Source: Sphaerodactylus townsendi (lineage: Eukaryota). From it: a stretch of 64,000 nucleotides of DNA. Below are positions 47,796 through 61,240 of the stretch, in pieces; the first letter of the stretch is position 1; each line of letters starts with the position of its first letter. The translations under genes and the position numbers were made by a program. The DNA lies in the NCBI RefSeq assembly GCF_021028975.2, contig NC_059426.1, positions 69,254,001-69,318,000 of the forward strand, read 5' to 3'. The notes under the pieces are model-generated. The model made no database searches and was not told the DNA's origin. It saw only the letters and a list, made by a program, of their open reading frames with translations.

Positions 47796-48864
47796 TCAGG
47801 CATGGTTATTTTGCCCTTGGGAGTTCCACAATCTCCAGCATCAGTATTTTGAAAGTTTCAGGGGCTGTTGAAGGATGGTGCATGAACTCCATAGTATCCA
47901 TGCCAATGGTCCTATATTGTCATTCTTACAGTTCAAAATGAGTTTTCCCAGCTACACTGTGTGAATTGGCAGTACTTTGTATGCCCTAGACTCCTCCACT
48001 AGTGACATGGCATACATGCTGGATCTGAAGCCCCCGCCCTGAGTCTTCTGTAACAGTCACATATTGGTTACAGTATTTCTCTTCTCTCTTCCTGCATGTG
48101 TGGTACCCGATTTGGATCACAACGGTGGTGCACATAGAGAACAGGATTCAGCCTTCCCGCCCCATGCTATTTTCCCAACCTCTAGTGGTCCAGTGAGTAC
48201 AATACTGGGCCACTGGAGCAGAATGATCTGGGTTCAGTCAAGAAACTCATTAAATGACCTTGGTAAGGTTGCTGTCTCTTAGCCAACCTACTCAGAAGGT
48301 CACTATGCGAATGAAATGGGGGTGAGTTCCATAATCAAGTATGCTGCTCTGAGCTCATTGGAGTAAGGACAGGCTAATAAAAAATGGGTGTACACTTACA
48401 TTAAAAGGCATCCTTAATGACAAAGTATGTACCTCAAAATAAGGAACATCCCTGATAAATGGCCAATATGACATACTAGTTAGAATGTTAGACTAAGATC
48501 TGGAAGATGCAGGTTTGAATGCACACTCTGCCAAGGAAACTTGCCAGATAATCTTGAGCTAGTCAAACACTCTCAGTCAAACCTACCTCATAGGGTTATT
48601 GCTGCAAGCATAAAATGGCAGTGGGGAGAACAGTGTAAGTCACTTTGCATCCCCATTGAGGAAGAAAATTGGTACAAATGAAGTAAATGAAATAAAAATT
48701 AATGAGAAGGGAAGGAATAGAACAATGGAATTCCACATAATTCTGAAACAAGGGAACACAATTAAACTGGAAGCCTATGGGCTACGTGGGACTGACTGAT
48801 ACTTTCTGAGGTGATTTTTAAAGATGAGTGTTGAAGAACAGAACATAAGCTAAATCAAACTCAC

Positions 48865-49008
48865 TGCGCATTTTGATGTGTTGGGAGATCTCAATAAGTT
48901 CCATCTCAGTGGGCATGTACCCCATGGTTCGCATACACTCCCCCAAATCCTTGTAACTGATGTAGCCATCCTCATCAGTATCAAACTCCTTGAAGGCCTC
49001 TAGCAGTT
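48865..49008 (-). CDS. CABP4: CABP4 exon 3 (EF1)
   Basis: [48 protein letters not shown]. Confidence 0.95.
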
Positions 49009-49728
49009 CTGTCAGGAGAGGCCCAAAGTCATTTTACATAATCAGGGAGCACGTTTACTCACATAGAGTACTCCAGAAGGGCATAGAAAAGCGAAACCAA
49101 ACAACAAACAAAAAAACAACTCCCCTCAACCAGCCCGCCCCAATATCACCAGGAATTACACTAGAGTTGACTTTTTAAAAGGCTGTTGGACATCCAAAAC
49201 TGATCTTCACATGAACGAGGGCAGGAAACCTTGTTTTTGCAAAGATTTAGTACATAGTTATTGTGTTCGTTATACAAATTCTAAAAATTCAATTGCAATG
49301 TAAGCTAATCAGGGATAATAACTGTTAGCCACTGTGTGAAACAGGATGCTGGACTAATTGGACCATTGGTCAGATGCAGCAGGGCCTCTCTTATGTTTTA
49401 ATGGCCCTTTAAGATGTGAGCAGCCTGTTTCCCAACTCTTAATTATTTTAATAATTTCCTATAAACAGTGTGACTAAATTCTGATAATTGTACTGTGGTC
49501 TCAATAAGCTGCTTAACTCATTTTGCTCCACTGATGCAATACGTGTCTAGAAAGCTGCAATAAAAGGCAGCAACCCTAAATGAAACCATTACTTGTCACA
49601 GTCATTTGCTGTCCTGAAACTGTTACATTCTTCATGCCCCAGCATCAATAGCTAAAGAACCATCAACCTAGTCAAGGATGGTAATACTCACACAGCACAG
49701 CGAGAAAAGATGCAAAATAGGGGTTATG

Positions 49729-50176
49729 GTTAGAGTTGCCAATTCCAGGGTGGGAAATTCCATAAGATTTGGGAGTAGAATTTGGGAAGGAGAGGAACTG
49801 CAGTGGAGAATACAGCCACAGAGTTCATCCTCCAGAGGAGCTGTTTTCTCTAGGGGTCCTGATCTCTGTAGCCTGGAGATCAGTTAGGGATACCAGCCTT
49901 CACGTGGAATCTGGGAATCACCAGGAATTACAGTTCTTCTGCAGACAACAAAGATTAGTTCCCCTGAAGAAAATTAATGCTTTGGAGGATGAATTCTATG
50001 TATCCCACTGAGGTCCCTATCCTCCACAGGCTGAATTCCCAAATTTTTAGGAGCATCCCAAACTGGATCTGGCAATCCTTCCCCCTCCCCTGCTGGTGAC
50101 TAGAGGGCCTGCCAATCCTAAAATCAGTTGCAATTCTGGGAAATTACCAGGCCTAATTATGAGGCTGGCAATCCTG
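49729..50176. mobile_element. Old hAT-like non-autonomous elements (TAGGGTTGCCA-type ends)
   Basis: tagagttgccaa...tggcaatcc termini; related fragments near 13590-13680 and 34080-34170. Confidence 0.55.
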
Positions 50177-50825
50177 ACGATGCAAAAAGGAGATCTTTTC
50201 GACTTTTCAGCTAATCTGGTGGAATCTGAAAGACACCAGGTAAGAAGAACAATTTCACAAGGGTTAAAAAGCATCTATCTAGAATAGAGGCAGGTAAATT
50301 ACAAGCCCTTGTTTGGGGACAGCAAAAAATGGCAAAAAACATTCTTTAGTGAGCAAACATTTTGTTAGGTTTGCTTTAGAGAACAGAATTCAGTGGGAAG
50401 CTAAAGAACAAAAATTCTGTTACATAATCCTCCTTAATTGGATAGGTCTTTATGCAGGAGAGAGAAATGAAAGAATGAAGAAGAAATAACTAATTGGAAG
50501 TGTTTCCTGTTGTCCATTAACATCATCATTGCCCACATAATAATTAAAATAAAGATCTTGGTAGCAACTCAGGGATAAAACCAGTATATGTGAGCAAACC
50601 AACTTTTATATTCACAAACATTCTTACTATGAATGCAAATTTTTATCCAAGTAAACAAAGATTTAACTTTGACATATACATTTGGCTGGTTTTGTTAGCT
50701 TAAGACTAATCCTGCCTTTCTCTTCCAAAATGGATAGTAGGAATCCATCTGAGGGCTATTGGAAACAGTGATGAGTTTTCTCCTCTCCCACCCACATCCC
50801 CCTCCACCATCTTTCCACAACTCAC

Positions 50826-50856
50826 CATCAAGCTCCTCTGCAGAAAGATCCCTTTC
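50826..50856 (-). CDS. CABP4: CABP4 exon 2
   Basis: ttccag|GAA...GATG|gtgag; 31 nt, ERDLSAEELD. Confidence 0.9.
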
Positions 50857-51425
50857 CTGGAAGCAAAAAGGAGAACAGGAGATAAGAGCCCAGGGCATGA
50901 ATTCTTTGTATATGGCCTCTCTTTACCACATCCAGAACTACTAGAGTGCCAGAATTAAAAGAATAAAGAATCAGAGGCAAAAACTCCAATGTGAAATTAA
51001 TTTCTGCTATTTGGATAAGTTTCATTATCCATATAGCAGAAAGACTAATTGGGATATGTGATCCTCACAAAGATAAACGATTCTATGCACACATATATCA
51101 GACCAGGCACCGGCATCTACAATTTTCTCCTGTGTCATATGGCTTTAACAGGGGAGCAGGGAGTAGGGTGAGAGGCTGCAAAACATGTTAGCGTTACCGG
51201 ATACTTTTAAATTTGAAAATTTGCTTTTAAAAAAAAGACGGATTTACTTCAAAATGTACATAATGTTGAACTGTAAAGTCTCCCTTTTAAACGTTGGTGA
51301 AAAGACACCAGGATCTCCAAACATCATCAAAAGGGTTTGTTACAGTTTTACTATGCTGTACATAATACATTTGTTTATTCATAAGTATAATGTTGCATTA
51401 TTTCATAAGCTAAGTTATCCATAAA

Positions 51426-51725
51426 TTGGTGGTGTAGTGGTTAAGAGAAGGTAGACTCTGAGCTGGAGAACCAGGTTTGATTTCCCACTCCTCCACAAGT
51501 GGTGGAGTCTTATCTGGTGAATCAGATTTGTTTCCCCACTCCTATACATTCCTGGTGGGTGATTTTCGGCTAGTCACAGTTCATTCAGAACTCTCTCAGC
51601 CCCATGTGCCTCACAAGGTGTCTGTTAAGGGGTGTGAGGAAGGGAGAGGAAGGGTCTCCTTACAAGAGAAAGACCCTTTGAGTCTCCTTACAGGAGAAAG
51701 GGGGAGTATAAATCCTCTTCTTTTT
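51426..51725 (+). mobile_element. tRNA-derived squamate SINE (Squam3-like)
   Basis: A box tggtgtagtggttaag, B box ggtttgatttccc; same family as 47480-47795. Confidence 0.75.
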
Positions 51726-51783
51726 TTAGTTAATAATTGCCATTTCAAATCTTTTGGGGGTAATCCCTGCAGGCAGTCTTATA

Positions 51784-52524
51784 CCTATATATATATACAT
51801 GAAATACCACTCACTGACTGACTGATCAAAAGAACTGAAAAACCACCGAAACTACAAAGTTGAAATTTGGCACACCAGTTCGTTTTGTGCTTCAGGTGCC
51901 CGCTAAGAAAGGATTTTCCAAAATATTCACTTCCACTCGACTTATTAGATATTTACTGTTCAACTCTGGCCATCTGCACGAACATTCTAAGGGTGACAAT
52001 TGCAAACCACGAGTTTCCTGTCCTTCATGGTATTTTCAATGGTTTTTGAGTTATTTTGATGAGCCAGTCAGTTAGTCAGTGAGTGGTATTTCGCGTTTAT
52101 ACACATACAGCTTTTTCACAGGACATTTCAATGAAGGGCACTTTGAAGCTCTAACTCCATTTGTTGCATCGACAAGTTCTGCTAATGCCCACCAAAAAAC
52201 AAGCATGATTGACCCAATAGTGCGCCAACTGCATTCTAACACCGCCCTCCTCAACACGTACAAACCTATTCCTTCTGCTGAAACCACTAAAGGGAGAAGA
52301 GGAATTAAACACAGAAAGCGATCTACACCTTGCATTAGAAAAAGACAACTACAGGAAGATGGTGCAAAATATGCGAAAACCAACCCGTCAGTCTGTGAGG
52401 AAATATGCTGCATGTCACCCCAAAGTTCACAAACAGACTGTAAAGAAGTATGCTGAATGTCACCCCAAAATTCATAGAGGGGCTGTGATGAATTATGCGT
52501 AGCGAAACACGGGTATCCTGCTAG
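51784..52524 (+). mobile_element. Composite Helitron with coding remnant
   Basis: A|CCTATATATA 5' end; 3' gcgtagcgaaacacgggtatcctgCTAG|T; internal inverted copy of the 5' end; ORF remnant about 52111-52500. Confidence 0.85.
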
Positions 52525-52592
52525 TATGTCTATACTGGAGTAAATCCTACAAAGTTCAGTGGGGCTTATTCCTAAAATAAGTGTACATAGAT

Positions 52593-53411
52593 CAGTAGTG
52601 TACCGCTAATGGGGACATGGGGTATCCCATGTTCCCAGGCGCATGCCATTTGATCGGGGGGGGGGGGGCGGGCGGCACTGGGTCCTTGTAGGACTGGCTA
52701 GTGCCTGGCAGCTCCCTCTGTGCTGCCCATGTGGGTGCCGCAGCTACAGGTCGGCTCCTCCACTCCCGGCCTCCCTGCTAATAGAGAGGCTGGCTGCAGC
52801 TGCGGTGCCCACCTGAGCTGCCTGTTACTGAGTCATGGCCGTAGACTGGCTCCTGCCCAAGAGCTGGCCTCCCTGTCAGCAGGGAAGCTGGGGAGGCAGG
52901 AGCCAGCATCAAACAATAGCAAACAATACCCCTGTCTGGTTCTAATACAGGATTAAAAACTCAATTTTAATGAAAATATTTAAAACATTTAAATATTTAA
53001 AATCTCCATTTTAGGCTCTGCTTTGCATTTAAGAGGCAGGAGCCAGCCTCAGGCGCCTGCCTGTGAGCCATGGCCACAGTCCGGCTCTCGGGCAGGAGCC
53101 GGACTGTGGTTGCAGCTCAGCAACAAGCAGCTCGGGGGGGGAGAGGCTCCACCGGCTGAAGGAGCAGCCTGATGGGGCCAGGCCAAGGGGCAGCCCGCAG
53201 TAGGCTCCCGGCCTGGCTGCTCTGGCCCACCAGGCGCCCCCTTGGCCCAGCCCCACAATGCTGCTCTTTCAGCAGGCAGAGCCTCTGCCAACTGAAAGAG
53301 CAGCCTGGCTGGACCACTAGGCTAAGGTAAGTGGGGCACTGCGGGGGGCGTGGGACGGGGGCATGCCTGAAGCAGGGGTTGCCCCGGACACCATTTTCCC
53401 CTACGCCACTG
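52593..53411. mobile_element. Non-autonomous hAT element (same family as 16037-16827)
   Basis: TIR cagtagtgta / tacgccactg; near-TSD catag(g)at; GC-rich interior. Confidence 0.75.
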
Positions 53412-56400
53412 CATAGGATTGAAAGCTTAACACAAACACAAAAACCACAGAATCTGTCTCAAAGATTTCTTATATATTCCAACATATTATCTTTTAATTT
53501 AGTTTCACAGACTGACCGGATACAAAGAAAATATGTGTAATTTGAGGTACAAAATAGCACCACACATTTAAGCTTTTATACATTTAATGTAGTCAAACCA
53601 GTCTGTCTCTGTTTTAACACTATAAAAGTTCCTTGGCCCCTTTTCAAATTCTGCAGTCATCTTCACTAATAAGTACTTGATTTCAATCCTTTCCCCACAT
53701 TTTCATAATCTTTCATCTCAAATGAGATATAAATTTTAGATAATGCACTTGTCATTTAAGATTTGTTTAATACAGTTAATACTCAAAATTTACTATGCAG
53801 GATCTTATTACAATGATTTTAATGTTTTGGTTAAAATACTAGCATTTCTTCTATTTACTTAATAATGACTGAAAAAGCATACTACCATCACAATTAAGTT
53901 GTCCAAGAAAATTACACTGCTCTGCGGACTTCTAAGTAATTAAAAAAATCTATCCAAATTTAATAGGCTTTGACACATTTAATAGCACAGTAGATGTAAA
54001 GTGTTGACAAGGGTTTCAGTTCTACCCACACTTGAGCCTACCTGTCCCTACAGGTCAATTTTGCCATTAGGGATATTTGTCCAAAGCCGGATATTTGAAA
54101 GAAGCTGATTTAATGAAGGGATTCTTTCACCATGAACCGAGTGCTCAAGGAATGACCAAAAACAATGGTCATAAAACTTCTGCAGTGAGCAATCACTTCC
54201 TGAATTAACTTGACAATGTTTACAGTAAAAGGATTGTAAGTTAACCCAGCTGTGTATGTCCTTTCTCTGCCATTCTGGCATGAACAGAATCAAGTTGCTT
54301 ACTGGTTTTAACTAAAATCTGAAAAAATTGTGTTCCTGAGGAGCTCCAGCTTTTACTCCCAAGGAATGAAGCTTTAAGAAGTTTAGGCTGTTTCCCAGCC
54401 CTTCATTTCTCCCCTACCCATCACTGCTCCCACTAATGGGATTTCCTGACCTTCTGGCAGGACATGAGACCTCAGCTATTTATATGAGTTAATCATACAT
54501 GTGTCAGGATGTTGGAGGAAACAGATGGTAATCTCTATGGGCCCTGTGCCATCTCTCTGCTGCTCAGAGTTCATGTGAATCCAGATACTCCCCCCCCCCC
54601 ACACACCCCTCAAGATTACTTATTGCATATGTAGGAGAAAAACTGGTACCAGTTCTGACTATAATGCTAGGAAACAAGTATATGGAAGCTCTAGATCTTA
54701 TAGCAATTGAGAATGGTTGGGGCATGGAAGAGAATAGAGGGGAAGTGATAGATTAGGAGCGATAAAATAAATTTAAAATTAGCATATATTCATTCCTGTT
54801 CCCTGGGTCCATGGTCTGTGTTTGTGCTGGGCTCATCTTAGCCAATGGACAACAGTCCTGGGGCCCCTTGCAAAAGCCTGGGTTGTCATGGCTAGGTCAA
54901 GTGAAGCTATTTCCACACAAAAGTCTTGCTGCCCCCTGGCTTCATTACAGTAGCACTGTTTTCTGGAGCACCCATGCAACATCAGTCTGTCTTCATGGCG
55001 CCTCTGTGTTTCCCCTACTTTTCTGTGAACTTCCCTAATCCTGATTTGATTTGATGTTTTTGGAAAGCCTGCAGTCAACAGGTTTCGGTAGTTTTTTTTT
55101 TTCATTTTTGATATTATAAAGATAAGAAGGTGCCATTTCCCATTGACGCAGTTTCCAATATCTTAGTTTTTCTGTGCCCATCCCTCCTCCTGGCATTTTA
55201 ATCAGCCTTTTTGGGGGAGGAGAGGGGAGAATATCATTGTGAAATTGTAATAATATATCAATCTGTTGCAACAATATACTAGTTCCCAGCATTATTTTTT
55301 TTTAATGTGAGTCTTTAACCCTTTTGGTTGAGGAATTATAATGGGAATGTCTGCTTATTTCCTCTGATAATTTGGCAACCAAAAGAGCTATAGACTTACT
55401 GTTTTAAAAATGAAAGCTAAGAGCTGGTACATTATGCAACACACCATTGTAACTATATATAGCAACATAGCTTTTACTATTTTTTTTAAGCCTGAAAAAG
55501 CCCTGGGTTGGGGGAGGCAGGGACAGAAGGCAGAGGCAAGAAAAGTGCCAGGGAAACTGCCATGTGGATGCTCTGTTGTCAGTGCTAATGCATTTGCATT
55601 GCAGCTTCAGGGAGAGTTACATGGAAAATCATCTCTATGGTAAAGCAGCCCATGTTGAGAAAGGAGTGTCACCGATACAGATGCAGCTGACAGAAAGCTC
55701 TCCTGGCCACTGCGCAAACCTGCTTTTCAGACATCAAGGTTGGGTCCATGAGTACTCCTAAATAACTACTGAAACTGTGAGTCAACTCCTCTGAAGTTAT
55801 TATCCAGTCCACCCTACTTTGATCTGCTTCCTAAAAGTTCATCCATATCTTGCTCTAATGATACACATGGAGAACAAGTGAAAATTACACACTTAAAAAG
55901 TTCCCCTCTGGGAATGAGCTCAGTGAACCTGATTTAAATCCTCCCTATCACTGTATACCACATACCAGCCTCCCCACTTTAAATTACAGTTCCAGATGCT
56001 GTTTCTGTAAGACAAACACAGCAAAATAGAAAACTCTAGGGAAAGAACTGCAGAGCTTTCTGCCCATCATGTATTGCCAAATCAATATTTAATCAGATAC
56101 GTAGGTCTTTCATTTACATTGTAAAGGTAGGAGAAAACGGAGTTCAACCTGAGAGAGAAGCCCACTGCAAGCCCAGTTTGTCTGAGGCTAGGGATGACAG
56201 TGTATATATCCTCCCTCTGCCCCCACCCCATGCCCCTGCATCAAACTCAGTTCTGTACTGGTCCCTTCTTGCCAGTGTTCACCACTGTTGTTTCTTAGCC
56301 TGCTGGCTTGTTACCTTCATTCTTCTGCTTCCTCACCCAGTCCTATGTATTTTGCCACTCAGGCCTCCTTATCCCACCCACCCCACCCTACCCCCTGCTG

Positions 56401-56429
56401 CCACTTTTCCCTTCTGCTATTAAACTCAC

Positions 56430-56657
56430 CTTGCCAAAGACAGTGTTGAGGAATGGTGAGTAGGTCTTGATGGCAGCTGCATGGGGGTCAACTTGTGGTT
56501 TCTTACTGTGCCTACGCACAGACAGGGAACTTTGCCGTGATTCAGAGCCAGGGCTTTTGCTGCCCTTAGGCTCACCTTCTTCCTTGGTGGGCTGTTCCCC
56601 TTCCTCTGTTTTGCCCTTAGCTGGGCCCTCCACCTTCCCAGACTGCTTACGTGGCAT
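56430..56657 (-). CDS. CABP4: CABP4 exon 1
   Basis: MPRKQSG...HAAAIKTYSPFLNTVFGK|gtgag, matching the CABP4 TYGPLLNRVFGK motif; in-frame TAA 21 nt upstream of the ATG. Confidence 0.9.
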
Positions 56658-56699
56658 GGGACAGGTGAGTGTCTCTTAGATGGGCACTGCTTGAAGACT

Positions 56700-56885
56700 C
56701 AAGTGTGTGGGGACTTAAGAACAAATCAAGAAATCCTCTTACACTCCACCCCCAAGGCCAGGGGAGGGGGAGCCAATTACTAGGGATTATTGCCGAGAGA
56801 CTGGTACTGAATCCAGCACCTTAGAACTACTTTCAAATCTCCTCCTCCTATAGTTCCCACATGGGTGAGCCTATAATCTATGTAT
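56700..56885 (-). promoter_or_regulatory. Putative photoreceptor-type CABP4 proximal promoter
   Basis: CRX/OTX-type TAATCC on the minus strand (GGATTA 56784-56789), TAATTG homeobox site (about 56774-56779), GGGGAGGGG box 56761-56769, TAATCT about 56874-56879. Confidence 0.55.
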
Positions 56886-59800
56886 TTTACAGGCACGTTG
56901 CCCTAGGCGTGAGTTTCTCAAGGAGAAGAGCTAAGCAAGAAAGCTTTGTCCAGTACCAAGAAGAACTAGGCACAAGTCACACAGCCTGACGGGGACAACA
57001 ATATTAGGTCAAGAACACCACTGAACTGTCAGCTTCTTATAATTTTCAGTCATTTCCTTTTCTAGCTCTACTTCTTTTAAATCTCCCAATATCACACATG
57101 AACACACATGAAGTTGCCTTTTGTGAAATCAAACCCGTGGCCCATCAAAGCCAGCATTATCTATTCAGGCAGGACCTTCTGCAGGGCAAGCAGATGCTTT
57201 ACTGCTGAACCATGGCCCCCATCCCCACAGTTCAGTTTTTATCTATGCTTCCACTTTAATGAACCTATTTTTTTTATAAGCCCTCACTTCTCTAACCCAT
57301 TTAACAAAACGTAGTTCTCTGAACCTTAGATTTTTAATCACATTCGCAGAACCAAAATAATTTCAAAGCTGACACTCTGGAGCCGATCAGTAGTTCCCTT
57401 CTGGTCCAGCCCCCAAGATCTTACCCGTACTGATGTTTCAACAGAGATACAAGGCAAGAGCCACAATGGGCTGCAGGAGAGACTCATCTTCTGCTCATTC
57501 CCAACTAGAAACACACAAAAGGAACACTAGCCAAACTTTTAAAAACTGTATGAATAAACCTTCGGTACTAGGTACAGAGTAACAAGTATATTTATTAAAC
57601 AATACAATATGAAAACATTTGCAGAGATAACAAACCCAATGTTATTTTATTATGAATTTATTAAATCCCACTCTTAACAGCAAAGTTTATTCACAGAAGA
57701 AACCAACCCCGCCATTTATATTTATACATAATTGCCTAAGGGATAGAATATCTGATGATGAATTCCTAGCCAATGGGTATGCAGGACTCACAACATTCCA
57801 TCCTGTTCCACACCCACCTTCCCCCAACCCAAACAATATGGACTGCTCTCCTGGAGGGGAGGAGGTCCCCCTCCCTCCCTGAGCCTATTTTATTTTAATT
57901 TAAAATGGGATTTAGTGCTAGTGTGTGCATATAACTACTGAATATATTTTTAAATGGGCTAGTGTATATGTATTTTGATTCTTCAACTGATCTCAGAAGC
58001 TTGAATACAGTGTGCTCATTTTAATAATTGTACCTTGTTTGACAATCTTCCTTAACAAATGTAGGCTATCTGTTTCCTTCAAAGTTTACACAAAAATATA
58101 ATAATATAGAATAATTGCTGGGGCGAAGTATCCAACGATTTATTAAAAGGCTCCACATAATCTCTACAAATGTTTCTTTTGGTTCACCCTCAGCTCTTAG
58201 GTGATGTAGAGATGATCATTAAGCTGATAACCTTTTATAGTAACTGTTTGCTTTATAACAAATACACTAACACGATAAAACATTCATCTGTAACACAAGG
58301 CTGTTTTGGACAAGATGGTTTTCAGGGTCCTTTTCAGAGTTCTAAGAGTTTGTATCTACCCATGCATTTCAAATAACTCCCAAATGGACAGTGGTGGAAA
58401 GGGCTGTCAAGTCTCAGCTGACTTATTGGAACTACACATAGTTTTCAAGGCATGGGACGTTCAAAAGTGGTTTACCATTGCCTGCCTCTGTGTAGTGACC
58501 CTGGAGGTCCTTGGTAGTCTCCCATCCAAATGCTAACCAGGGGCAACTCTGTTTAGTTTCAGACATCTGACAAGATTGGGCTAGCCTGGTCCACCCAGGA
58601 CAGGACAATTCCCAAACCATATTTTTCCAAAGTGGTACATTAAGCCTGAAAATCTGCAATGGCATACGGCATGAAAGAAATTGTTTGGCTTTTAAACCAT
58701 ACACACTTTAAAAAATACACGGTATCAAACTGCAGTCTCAGCAACTGACATATGAAAGATGTTATTTACAACTCCTATAGATATTCAATTCCTTAAAATA
58801 GCAAAACTAGACTTAGAAATCTTGAGGGGTTTTATTTTTAAAAACCCTTAAAAACTAGCAGTTTGGGGTTTTTTTTAAAAAAAGTCTCAGCCCTAAATAA
58901 CTTCTTTGTAAACATGGTTTAAATTTCCTGGCCTCTCAAAAATGTCCGAAAAGTTATTTTGCCTGATGTGTACAGCTCACACCCAACTCCCATTCCTTCC
59001 CACATTTTTGTGCCTCTAGCTCCACACAGTGGCTGATTTTTCAGCCTGGGATACAAGACTATATGCAACCTGATCCCATGCTCCACTGAGTTCAATACAA
59101 CTTATTCCCTAGTTATGTATGCTTAGAACAGCAGCCAGGACTTGGGAACAAGCCAACAGAAATGATAGCCACAGAAATCGAAGTATAAAGTGTTGTATGA
59201 CAATTTCCATAGAAGAAAAAGCCTTACTTAATGGGAAAACATAACACTTTGCAAAACAACTGGAATCCCAGGAGTATATGGATATATAACAAAACGTTAC
59301 TTATTTGAAAGGGATCGATTGTATTTAGTTCAATATCATGTATAGAAAAGCTTTTGGTTTACATCCAACTCCATCTCAAGCAAGTTTCACTAAAGTTTAC
59401 ACAAAAGTTAAAACAGAAAATAAGATATTAAAATACACAAGTGTTGTCACACTGCTTTGACATACTCCCTTCAGTTTCTAAGCACCCACTGCAAATTCTG
59501 CAACAACTGAGTAGAGAAAAGGCATGGAGTTTTAAATAAGTTATTAGCAGTTTGCATATTGACTAGGAACTCTTAAATGTCTTTCTACATGGCACAATAC
59601 AGAACAGAGTTATGTGAAGTTACTCAACAGATTCTACATGAAGATTTGCTGTAGTGTACTTTCAGGTTTGAGTTGCTGAATTTCTTTTCAAACATGTACT
59701 GGATGTTTGTGGCTAATTATAACTTACTTGGATAATTCATTATTTGTGAGCTGCACTGATAGAGATATTTAGAGGTGGAATAACATATTTTAATACAAAT

Positions 59801-61097
59801 TAACATTGAACCAATTAACATACCACCAAGCTGTATACATATATATTAGTCAATCAGTTGAAATTTTACATTTACAAGCCACAAGAAAATAAGAAGGTAT
59901 TGCCTGGAATTGTAATGCTGGAAAAGCTTTAGGCAGTCGGAGATGCCAGATCATAAAAAATTACTCTCTTGCACATATGATACTTTAATGAAAAATATAG
60001 TAATACAGTAGCATATCCTTGGGAGCATAAGCTAAATGCTCTAAATGCTTCCTAGATCACAACAAAAAGTTCTCCTTTTTACAACCCTTACTATATAAGA
60101 GCATAGAAGTGTATCAATGGGTAAGGAAGTCATGTTAACTGTCTAGACACCCCCTTCTAAAACTCCAAGAAAAGTTGTGAATCCTACTATTAAGCTTCAG
60201 TGACCACTGAAAGGTTAGCATCCATTTATTATTATATGTACGGGGCAAATACATATTTAAAAGGAATGTACTATGCTGTTCATGTAACACTGGGAAGGTA
60301 CATAGGTCAGTGGAAGGGCCCAACTTTCCATGCAGAAACCAGGGTCAGTCCCTGCTTTCTCCATTTAAAGGATTTGTGTCTGAGCCAAGACCTTGGAGAT
60401 CTGTTGTCAATCAGAACAGAGGGTGCTAAGCAAGTTGGTAGCTTATGAGCTGATTAAAAATTGAGAAGCCAGTCGGCCCTCCTATCTACAAAGGAGTGTT
60501 TAGAATTTTACCACTACCCCAACTCCCCCAGTTTGTTTAGGCAAGGGTATGTAGCAAAAATTCTGCTTACCACTCACTGGGAAGGCTATGAATATCTATC
60601 TTCCACTGTAGATAGACGAACACTGCAGCAAGTTTCTGCTTTGTTGTTTCCATTCACTGTGGTTAATGAGTGGAAAGAATGTCTTCCCATATCCTTTCAC
60701 AGCATGCTTACAGCAAACTATGGAAACTAATCCCTGTTTGTTACTGTACTGAAACAGTGGTAGTGGCAGTTATTCTGAATTAAATTATCTTGGAATGTGG
60801 TGAACTGGTCACAAAATTCTAGGGAGCTACACACTCCCCTGGGGATTGTGCCCCTAGTTATCTGTGAACATTGTTAGAAATGTATCCCCTTGTCTCTGTT
60901 CTTCCCCTCACCCCAGCAGATATTTACAGGACAATTTCAGTAGGCTTAAATTGGAGTAATGAGGTTGCAACTGTTAAGACTTTTAAGTTCCCTCAACCAG
61001 GGAGCATAGGGCTTTATGTTATACCCTTAAGTACATTATAAAAAAACTTGAAGAAACTCCAACCAAGAGCATTTTGGCAAAATCAACAAAGAGGATG

Positions 61098-61240
61098 TTT
61101 GGGTGCTGTGTGGTTTCCAGGCTGTATGGCCATGTTCTAGCAGCATTCTAGAACATAGAACATAGAAACAGCATAGAACACGGCCATACAGCCCGGAAAC
61201 CACACAGCACCCAAGTGATTCCGGCCGTGAAAGCCTTCGA
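61098..61240 (+). mobile_element. Short Penelope-like insertion with inverted pseudo-LTR
   Basis: About 41-bp inverted arms 61099-61139 / 61174-61214; flanking direct repeat caacaaagaggatg; same family as 8715-8864. Confidence 0.78.

Noticed and set aside
44095-56657. Calling the gene CABP2 or CABP1
   Set aside because: No MGNC myristoylation exon; HIKMR, EETAHM and TYSPFLNTVFGK are CABP4-like.
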